From: Alphaproteobacteria bacterium
Lineage (GTDB): Bacteria > Pseudomonadota > Alphaproteobacteria > RF32 > CAG-239
Assembly (NCBI GenBank): GCA_045644765.1
Contig: JAZRHM010000001.1
Span: 58,022-122,021, forward strand
Length of the DNA: 64,000 nt
Reading direction: 5' to 3'
The first letter of the stretch is position 1. Each line of letters begins with the position of its first letter. Below the pieces are notes generated by a model. The model had not been told where the DNA came from. It saw only the letters and a program-made list of their open reading frames with translations, and ran no database searches. Both the position numbers and the translations under genes were made by a program. This document shows, piece after piece, positions 8,803-16,370 of the stretch.

Positions 8803-9579
8803 ATGAGAAAATTCGGATTTAAATTTTTCAGTACTAATTTTCAAACAGCACCGGAAACTATCACAGAGTGTGCGGAGTTTGCGTTATCAAAAGAAGATGT
8901 TTTTATGGAATTTACGGCTGTTACAGTTACAACAAATGAAGAATTTAAGAAAATAAAAGCAGCCATAGGTAATATTGAAGTTCGTATCCATGCTTCATAT
9001 GACGGATTTGATGCCTCAAATAGTGAATTATTTCAACGAAATAAAAAAATTTTAGCATCTGCACAAAAAGCTGCTGATATATTTGATGCCAAAACCATTG
9101 TTGTTCATGCCGGCTATGGGCATAGCAAAAAACATTTAGAAGAAGCTGCCAGACAATTTAAATTGTTTAACGATGAACGTATTGTAGTAGAAAATTTGCC
9201 GTATTATGATAATAACGGCGATGAAATGCTTGGCAATATGGCTGATGAAATTGCTTATATAAGAAATGAGAGTAAATGCGGTTTTTGTTTTGATTTTTCG
9301 CATGCCATATGTTCGGCAGCTGCTCAGAAGTTGGATGTTGATAAATACTTACAAAGCTTATTTTTATTGAAGCCGACAGTTTATCACATGTGTGATGGCA
9401 ACATACCTGAAATGAAAGATTTACATTTGCATTTTGGTGAAGGAAATTATCCGCTTAAACATTATTTAAATAATTACACGGATGAAAATGCTTATATAAC
9501 AATGGAAACAGGAAACGGTTTCGAACAGAGTAATGATTTAAGGATAAAAGATTATAACTATTTGAAAGCAATGTTGTAA
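8803..9579 (+). CDS. Xylose-isomerase-like TIM-barrel (AP endonuclease 2 fold) protein, probably a sugar-phosphate isomerase/epimerase
   Basis: Motifs TIVVHAGYGHS, VVENLP, CFDFSHA, HLHFGEG. Start chosen at ATG 8803 with RBS aaggaag; the track ORF begins at 8686 inside the duplicated fragment. Confidence 0.5.
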   Translation: MRKFGFKFFSTNFQTAPETITECAEFALSKEDVFMEFTAVTVTTNEEFKKIKAAIGNIEVRIHASYDGFDASNSELFQRNKKILASAQKAADIFDAKTIVVHAGYGHSKKHLEEAARQFKLFNDERIVVENLPYYDNNGDEMLGNMADEIAYIRNESKCGFCFDFSHAICSAAAQKLDVDKYLQSLFLLKPTVYHMCDGNIPEMKDLHLHFGEGNYPLKHYLNNYTDENAYITMETGNGFEQSNDLRIKDYNYLKAML

Positions 9580-9718
9580 ATTTAAGCATTTATAATATTT
9601 TGCATACCAGATAGCATAAATTTTGTTTTTTATATAAAATGTCGTTTTGAAAACGACCAATTTGATAAAAATAAATAGTAAAACTTTTTTGTAATATTTT
9701 TTTATAAAGGAATGAGAT

Positions 9719-10312
9719 ATGAAAAAAAGTTTATTATTGGCAAGTGTTGCCTTTTCTATATTTACTACAAATGTTAATGCTATAGAACTAAAACCTTATA
9801 TCGGTTTTGATTATGTATATTCTAATGCTTCAACAAATGATGTGGTGGTCCAAGATGTTTTGGTTGGAAAAGATTTATATGAAAATAACTTTCATTCTTT
9901 AGGTATCAATGTTGGTACTTCTATAAATGATTATTTTGACATTGAAGCTTTTTACCAAAAATCAGCTGATGCTGAAGGGGATGTTGTAGCTTTAGTTGAT
10001 GGCTCAAACGTATATACCGATAAAATAAAAACAAGTTTCTATGCTTATGGTGTTGATGCTATCGGACATTTGCCGTTAAGTGAAAAATTTACTGCGATTG
10101 GTTCTGTCGGTCTAGGTCAATATGAATTTGAAATGAACGGATTTGGAGTAACAGCAAATGAAAATGGTTTAGGTGTTCGTTTAGGAATTGGTGTACAATA
10201 CAAGATTAATGAACATTTTGCTCTTCGAACGATAGCGCGTCAAACTCTGCTGGATATGGATTCTGTTGATAATATGACAGATTTTTCGGTTGGTTTTAGA
10301 TATAGTTTTTAA
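9719..10312 (+). CDS. Small outer-membrane beta-barrel protein (OMP_b-brl/OmpA-like barrel)
   Basis: Signal peptide MKKSLLLASVAFSIFTTNVNA. Alternating hydrophobic strands. C-terminal GFRYSF with terminal Phe. Confidence 0.6.
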   Translation: MKKSLLLASVAFSIFTTNVNAIELKPYIGFDYVYSNASTNDVVVQDVLVGKDLYENNFHSLGINVGTSINDYFDIEAFYQKSADAEGDVVALVDGSNVYTDKIKTSFYAYGVDAIGHLPLSEKFTAIGSVGLGQYEFEMNGFGVTANENGLGVRLGIGVQYKINEHFALRTIARQTLLDMDSVDNMTDFSVGFRYSF

Positions 10313-10324
10313 TAACATTAAAAT

Positions 10325-10361
10325 GCGAAGCTATAATGAAAAATTGTAGCTTCGCTATAGG
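10325..10361. repeat. Repeat tail hairpin, copy D (gcgaagctataatgaaaaattgtagcttcgc)
   Basis: Perfect 9-bp stem. Same element tail as 8546..8578. Directly upstream of the intact copy of the duplicated gene. Confidence 0.5.
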
Positions 10362-10369
10362 AAAAGAAA

Positions 10370-10714
10370 ATGACTAATATTAAAATGGAACTATCTGTTG
10401 CTGATATGAGTGCAAATGTTCATCATATACAAAAGGTAATTAAAGGAAGAAAAAAACCATTAGAAATTGAGATATATGGTCAGAAAGTTTTGTTTGTTTA
10501 TGATAATATTGAAATGCATGTATCTATAAAAGATATTAATACAAGTAATAATATAATACTTGCCAAGTATGTATTAATCAATCCATTATCGCTATTTAGC
10601 TTAATTACAAAATATAAAAAGTATGATTTTTTTAAAATATCATTTGAAGATATAGGTTTAAGGATAATGATAGATAATACTGTTTTTAGCTTTTGTGCTA
10701 AAAAAGTTATGTAA
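10370..10714 (+). CDS. Hypothetical protein (intact paralog of the 8590 fragment)
   Basis: 114-aa ORF, MTNIKMELSVADMSANVHHIQKVIKGRKKPLEIEIYGQK... Confidence 0.5.
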   Translation: MTNIKMELSVADMSANVHHIQKVIKGRKKPLEIEIYGQKVLFVYDNIEMHVSIKDINTSNNIILAKYVLINPLSLFSLITKYKKYDFFKISFEDIGLRIMIDNTVFSFCAKKVM

Positions 10715-10804
10715 AATGTATTGATATAAAAACAATCATACGTTAGCATGTTCAGATAATGTTTAAACAGACCTGTTAGTTATTCAGATAATAAATATGA
10801 GTAG

Positions 10805-11362
10805 GTGTTAAAGGGTTTTCAGATGATTAATTTAATTAGTTTTTTTAAGAAATGCAAAGATGAGAAAAATGACAATATATCTATATTGCACGATTTAGTA
10901 TCCGAAGCAAAAGTGTATGTGAAAAAGAATTTTTGCCCTTGGGAAGATGATGATTATCCTGAGGTAACAGAATTTTATCAAATATCGTACGATGGTATTT
11001 TAGAAGATGAAGATTTAGAGCCAAGCTTTTCACAAATGCTTTTTAAGTTTATAAAACAACGAGGAATATCTGAAACAGATTGTTATAAAAATGCAAATAT
11101 TGATAGAAAATTATTTTCAAAAATAAGAAGCGATGATGAGTATCAGCCTAAAAAAACAACCGTTTTTGCATTTATTATCGGTTTAAAATTAAATTTGGAC
11201 GAAGCCAAAAAATTATTGGAGTGTGCAGGATATTCTTTATCCCACAGTAAAAAACAAGACATAATAATAGAATATGCAATCAAAAAACAAATTTATAATA
11301 TAAACATGGTTAATGAAATTTTATATACTTTAGAATGTCAAACTTTAGGTAGTAAAGAGTAA
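10805..11362 (+). CDS. Hypothetical protein, possible helix-turn-helix segment
   Basis: 185 aa. RGISETDCYKNANIDRKLFSKIRSD loosely fits the XRE-type HTH pattern. Confidence 0.35.
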   Translation: MLKGFQMINLISFFKKCKDEKNDNISILHDLVSEAKVYVKKNFCPWEDDDYPEVTEFYQISYDGILEDEDLEPSFSQMLFKFIKQRGISETDCYKNANIDRKLFSKIRSDDEYQPKKTTVFAFIIGLKLNLDEAKKLLECAGYSLSHSKKQDIIIEYAIKKQIYNINMVNEILYTLECQTLGSKE

Positions 11363-11426
11363 AATTTTCCAATAAGAATAATGTATTATAAAAATTCCCC
11401 ACTGTTCAAAGTGAGGGATTTTTGTT

Positions 11427-12704
11427 TTATAAATCTAAGCTTCTTTTTCTTATTTTTTCAGAAACTCGTTCCATAAAATTATCTAAAGAAACATTGTTTA
11501 TCTGCTGTCCATCTCTTAATCGAACGGAGATATTGTTATTTTCCACTTCTTTATCGCCTACAACAACAATATATGGAATTTTTTTCTTAACAGCATCTCT
11601 AATTTGATAAGAAATCGTATTACCGGAAATATCAGCTTCTGCACGTATATCATTTTCTGACAATTGCTGTTGAATCTGAAGAGCTACACTTTGGTGCCTG
11701 TCAGATATTGGCAAAATTTTAACCTGAACAGGTGATAACCAAACCGGTAATTTACCTTCGCATTGTTCCAGATAAACACCTATAAAGCGTTCGATAGAAC
11801 CTAAAATTGCGCGATGTAACATAATCGGCACATGCTTTTGTCCGTCTTCGCCGATGTAGAACATTCCCCACTTTTCCGGTAAATTTAAATCAAGTTGTAT
11901 CGTCATACATTGCCATTCTTTACCGTTTTTATCGATTGCTTTAACATCTATGGCCGGTCCGTAAAACTTTGCTCCTCCGACATCTATATCATATGGAATG
12001 TTTTTATCTTTTAACACTTGTTCGACCGATTGTTCTGCCATCTGCCAAATCGGTTCATTATCAATATATTTATCTTTTTTATCTTTCAAATCTCTGATAG
12101 AAAAATAAACTTTGAATTTATCATAACCAAAAACTTTATTGACGGCAAAACCGAAATCAAACACTTTTGAAAGCTCTTCCATGAATTGATCTTGGCGACA
12201 GATGATATGAGCATCATCTTGCGTAATTGAGCGAACACGTAACAAACCTTGCAAACCGCCCGATGCTTCATAACGATAAACATTTCCTAATTCGCAATAT
12301 TTAATCGGAAGCTCTTTATACGAATGTATGGAAGAATTATAAATTGCCACATGAAAAGGGCAACTCATCGGTTTAACATAATAAGCGCCCTGCTCTTCTT
12401 TGTCTTTTAACGACATATCCATTGGCGGATACATACAATCGGCAAAATGTTCCAAATGGCCGGATTTTTCCCATAACTGTTTTAATCCGACAACCGGAGA
12501 ATATACATATTTGTATCCTGCTTTTTGATGTTCTTTTTTCCAAAAAGCTTCAATTTCGTTTCGTATAATTGCACCGTTAGGATGCCATAAAGCCAGTCCG
12601 GAACCTATATAATCGTTGAAAGAAAATAAATCTAACTCTTTACCGATACGACGATGGTCGCATTCGGATACACTTTGTTTTTCATCTATATTAATGTTAT
12701 TCAT
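11427..12704 (-). CDS. thrS: Threonyl-tRNA synthetase, catalytic plus anticodon-binding domains only (N-terminal TGS/editing region absent)
   Basis: DHRRIGKELDLF (E. coli ThrRS residue ~243), MSCPFHVAIY, RVRSITQDDAHIIC, HRAILGSIERFIGVYLE. In-frame stop 11 codons upstream of the Met. Only 439 bp of non-coding DNA upstream. Confidence 0.8.
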   Translation of the reverse strand: MNNINIDEKQSVSECDHRRIGKELDLFSFNDYIGSGLALWHPNGAIIRNEIEAFWKKEHQKAGYKYVYSPVVGLKQLWEKSGHLEHFADCMYPPMDMSLKDKEEQGAYYVKPMSCPFHVAIYNSSIHSYKELPIKYCELGNVYRYEASGGLQGLLRVRSITQDDAHIICRQDQFMEELSKVFDFGFAVNKVFGYDKFKVYFSIRDLKDKKDKYIDNEPIWQMAEQSVEQVLKDKNIPYDIDVGGAKFYGPAIDVKAIDKNGKEWQCMTIQLDLNLPEKWGMFYIGEDGQKHVPIMLHRAILGSIERFIGVYLEQCEGKLPVWLSPVQVKILPISDRHQSVALQIQQQLSENDIRAEADISGNTISYQIRDAVKKKIPYIVVVGDKEVENNNISVRLRDGQQINNVSLDNFMERVSEKIRKRSLDL

Positions 12705-12770
12705 CTTTTTAACCTTTACTAAAATTGCTAAACTTTAAATTTCAAATTGCTTGTACGGATTTAAAATCCG

Positions 12771-12806
12771 GAAAAAAATAAACATCACCGCACTTAAGCG
12801 GTGGTG
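12771..12806 (-). terminator. Rho-independent terminator (minus strand)
   Basis: Minus strand reads caccgcttaagtgcggtg followed by atgtttatttttttcc. Confidence 0.45.
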
Positions 12807-13143
12807 GTTGTGGTCAAGGTTAAAAACACACAAAAAGACGCAGAACTTTCATTCAAGTTCTGTTGAAAAGATTGTAAAAAAATGTCTCTTTCGTTTAACA
12901 TGGGTTCATACTTAACATAATTTTGAACTTTTGTCAATTTATTTTTTTAATAAAAACACAATAGTCATCACTCTCTGAGGCATTTATATCAAACGAGTCA
13001 AAGGGGATACAAGATGTGACCTTATATATTTATTTGTTCCACCCACAAAGAAAGGTGATAATCGTTTTATGTCATATAGCTGAACTGCAAAAAACAATGC
13101 CGGAATTTATAACTCCAGCATTGATTGTATTAAATGTTATAGT

Positions 13144-14313
13144 CTAACAAAATTCTTTTAAGCGTTTTACGGCTTCTTTTATGTTTTCTTCCGAACAAGC
13201 ATAGCTTAGTCTGATATAATCAGGTGCACCGAAAGATGCACACGGAATTACGGCCAAAAGCTTTTCTTCCAAAATCTTTTTAGCAAATTCATCTGATGTC
13301 ATGCCTGTTTTTGAAATGTTACACATTACATAAAATGCACCTGCCGGTTCAACAAATGTCAAATTGTTTACATCTTTTAACAATTCGCAAATCAGTTTTT
13401 TGCGTTTGGCAAAAGCTTCAACCATTGTATTAACTTGTTCGTCAGCTTTCCCTTGTAAAGCAACAACGCCCGCATATTGCACAAAAGATGTTGCATTACT
13501 TGTGGAATGGCTTTGCAAAGCACTTATACGTTTGGTAAGCCAAAGAGGAGCTGTTAAATAGCCCAAACGCCAGCCCGTCATGGCATATGCTTTAGAAAAA
13601 CCGTTGACCGTGATGGTAAGCTCTGCAATTTTATCATTAAGGCTTGCGATACTGATATGTTTATCTTCAGGATTATATATCAGCTTTTCATAAATTTCGT
13701 CTGATAAAACCATAATGTTGTTTTTAACGGCAACATCTGCAATCATCTCCAAAGTGTCGCGAGAATATACAGCACCGGTCGGATTGTTTGGAGAATTACA
13801 AATAATCAGCTTTGTCTTAGATGTTACGGCTTTTTCCAAATCTTCTCTAACCGGTTCAAAATTGTTTTCGGCAGCAGTGTTTACCACGACAACTTTGGCT
13901 CCGCTTGCGCTTATCATCTCAGGATAAGAAAGCCAATATGGAGCAAACAAAACAACTTCATCATCTTTTCCGCACAAAGCCGCAATTGCTTGAAATAAAG
14001 CAAATTTAGCTCCGGTTGAAATTACAATGTTAGCAACATCTGTTTTTATGCCGTTACCGGCAAACTTTTTTACAATCTCCTTTTTAAGTTCAGGCAACCC
14101 TGATGCTGCCAAATAGCGAACTTTACCATCGTTGATTGCCTTGATACATTCGTCTTTTATGGCTTTAGGTGTGTCAAAATCGGGTTCACCGGCTGTCATG
14201 GAACAAATATCGGCACCACTTGCTTTTAGTTCTTTAGCTTTAGCCGAAATAGCAAGTGTTGCAGAAGGTTGCATTGCTCCCAACGGACTAAAATTTTCTT
14301 GTAAATTTTGCAT
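13144..14313 (-). CDS. aspC: Aspartate/aromatic aminotransferase (class I PLP enzyme)
   Basis: PLP-lysine motif SKAYAMTGWRLGY. NPTG. 389 aa. Confidence 0.85.
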   Translation of the reverse strand: MQNLQENFSPLGAMQPSATLAISAKAKELKASGADICSMTAGEPDFDTPKAIKDECIKAINDGKVRYLAASGLPELKKEIVKKFAGNGIKTDVANIVISTGAKFALFQAIAALCGKDDEVVLFAPYWLSYPEMISASGAKVVVVNTAAENNFEPVREDLEKAVTSKTKLIICNSPNNPTGAVYSRDTLEMIADVAVKNNIMVLSDEIYEKLIYNPEDKHISIASLNDKIAELTITVNGFSKAYAMTGWRLGYLTAPLWLTKRISALQSHSTSNATSFVQYAGVVALQGKADEQVNTMVEAFAKRKKLICELLKDVNNLTFVEPAGAFYVMCNISKTGMTSDEFAKKILEEKLLAVIPCASFGAPDYIRLSYACSEENIKEAVKRLKEFC

Positions 14314-15144
14314 TTAATTTACTCCCGTTGCATCAACTTTATATGGTCTGCTGGTTGCAGCTTCTGCTTTAGCATCAGGCAAAGCCACACTCAAAACAGA
14401 ACCTTTATTTTTAAGCAAAGCTTCCGATATCACACAAACGCTTGTACCTATACCATAATTTGTGCGTCCCTTTCCGGATATGATGGTCATACCATATTTT
14501 TTAACAACTTCAGCAATTTCTTCTTTATCGGCAGGCGTAAACGGAATGTTTTTTGATGCGCAATAATCTTCAATGGATAAACCTGAAATTTTTACACTAT
14601 CCCAATCTACAACTTGCGAATCTCCATGTTCTCCGATAACAAATCCCTTAATGTTGGCAACCGGTTCATTAAACCTGTCTGATAAAACACTGATAAGTCT
14701 TGATGTATCTAATGCACAACCGCTACCATAAATTCCTTTTACCGGAGCTGTTATCATTTTTGCCAGCTCATTGGTCAAAACATCAACCGGATTAGAAACA
14801 ACCAAAATAAAAGCTTTGGTATCTGTCTGATTTATCTGTTCTGCAATTGATTCCATAATTTTTATGTTTTTATTTAATAAATCAAGTCTGCTTTCGCCCA
14901 CTTTACGTCCCAAACCTGCCGTGATAACAATCAAATCACTATCTTTACAATCGGCATAACTTCCGGCTTTGAGACGTGTTTTGCTTAGACCTTCAAAACC
15001 TTGATTTATATCTGCAACTTCGGCTGCAACCAACTCTGCATTGATATCAATAAGAGCAATTTCATCAGCCACTTCTTTTAACATTAATGCATATGCACTG
15101 GTCGAACCGACAAAACCGGCCCCGATAATCGAAATCTTACTCAT
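14314..15144 (-). CDS. mdh: Malate dehydrogenase, LDH-like type (Arg at the substrate-specificity position)
   Basis: IGAGFVGSTSAYAL NAD fold. ITAGLGRKVGESRLDLL aligns to LDH GANQKPGETRLDL with Q102 replaced by R. VIGEHGDSQV. Confidence 0.7.
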   Translation of the reverse strand: MSKISIIGAGFVGSTSAYALMLKEVADEIALIDINAELVAAEVADINQGFEGLSKTRLKAGSYADCKDSDLIVITAGLGRKVGESRLDLLNKNIKIMESIAEQINQTDTKAFILVVSNPVDVLTNELAKMITAPVKGIYGSGCALDTSRLISVLSDRFNEPVANIKGFVIGEHGDSQVVDWDSVKISGLSIEDYCASKNIPFTPADKEEIAEVVKKYGMTIISGKGRTNYGIGTSVCVISEALLKNKGSVLSVALPDAKAEAATSRPYKVDATGVN

Positions 15145-15159
15145 ACAAAGCTCTCCAAA

Positions 15160-15957
15160 CTAGTCTGATGTCATAACCTTACGACGACCTTTTAATGACT
15201 CATCAATAAATTCAACTTGCTCCATAACCATGGCGTTATCTTTGAATTTTTCATGGGATTGAGCCAAACGAGTTTCAAAATTGTCTGTCTTACCTTTAAA
15301 CAAGAACATAAATGCTCTGGTGATAGATTTAACAACACCTTCTTCAAAACCGCTTCTCTTTAAGCCGATAACATTTAAACCACGCAGTTTACCTCTATCG
15401 CTTGCAACAATACCAAACGGAATAACATCACGGTCAACTGCTGTCATACCTCCGATCATAGCTTTGCGACCGATACGACAAAACTGATGAACTGCGCTGT
15501 TTCCGCCAATGATAGCGCCATCGCCAACACGAACGTGTCCGCCAATTACGGCATTATTGGTCATAATAACGTTGTTACCAACGACACAGTCATGAGCAAC
15601 GTGAGAGTTTACCATGAACATACAATCATCACCGACAACTGTTGTAAACTGTTCTTTAGGTGTGCCGGCATGCATTGTAACATTTTCTCTTATGATGTTA
15701 TTTTTACCGATAATAAGTTTTGCTTCCTCTTTAAATTCATTTCCATGATCTTGAGGTCCTGAACCCAAACAAGCTCCGGGGAAAACTATTGTTCCCTCAC
15801 CGATTGTTGTATCTCCCATAACATTTACACGAGCCAACAATTTAACATTTTCGCCGATTTTTGCACGAGAGCTAACCCAACAGAAAGGTCCGATCTCAGC
15901 AGATTGAGCAATTTGAGCGCCGTCTTCTACAACAGCAGATGGATGAATTTTAGCCAT
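15160..15957 (-). CDS. lpxA: UDP-N-acetylglucosamine O-acyltransferase LpxA
   Basis: Hexapeptide-repeat left-handed beta-helix. HVAHDCVVGNNVIMTNNAVIGGHVRVGDGAIIGG and C-terminal GLNVIGLKRSGF match LpxA. Confidence 0.85.
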   Translation of the reverse strand: MAKIHPSAVVEDGAQIAQSAEIGPFCWVSSRAKIGENVKLLARVNVMGDTTIGEGTIVFPGACLGSGPQDHGNEFKEEAKLIIGKNNIIRENVTMHAGTPKEQFTTVVGDDCMFMVNSHVAHDCVVGNNVIMTNNAVIGGHVRVGDGAIIGGNSAVHQFCRIGRKAMIGGMTAVDRDVIPFGIVASDRGKLRGLNVIGLKRSGFEEGVVKSITRAFMFLFKGKTDNFETRLAQSHEKFKDNAMVMEQVEFIDESLKGRRKVMTSD

Positions 15958-16111
15958 ATTTTTATCCTTTTAATAAAAAATTATTCCAAATAGTAAAGTT
16001 ATCTTACTTAATGCTTTTTTTAATGTCCAAACACGATAAATTACGAATTATTACATTGTAAACATATTTATACCAACTATTTGTAAATAAACACAAAAGC
16101 AGCTAAAAAGA

Positions 16112-16140
16112 CAAAAAAAAACCGGAGAATAAACTCCGGT
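16112..16140 (-). terminator. Rho-independent terminator downstream of tRNA-Leu(CAA)
   Basis: Minus strand: accggag-tttattc-tccggt followed by TTTTTTTTT. Confidence 0.55.
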
Positions 16141-16147
16141 TAAACTT

Positions 16148-16233
16148 TGGTAGGGGTGATGAGACTTGAACTCATACTCGCTGAGCGAACAAGATTTTGA
16201 GTCTAGCGCGTCTACCAATTCCGCCACACCCCC
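16148..16233 (-). tRNA. tRNA-Leu (anticodon CAA), type II with long variable arm
   Basis: Reverse complement GGGGGTGTGGCGGAATTGGTAGACGCGCTAGACTCAAAATCTTG...GAGTTCAAGTCTCATCACCCCTACCA. D-arm identical to E. coli tRNA-Leu. Anticodon loop CTCAAAA. One U-U mismatch in the anticodon stem and a G1-U72 pair. Confidence 0.75.
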
Positions 16234-16370
16234 ATCTGGTTGTTAAGGGATACATATACCATTTATTTTATACAGTCAACACTTTTTTACGTTTTTTTAT
16301 ATTTTTTGTGTTTCTTTTTTGTAAGAAATGATGTATAATTGCGCCAGTTTGTTAAAATCGGGAGCCGATA

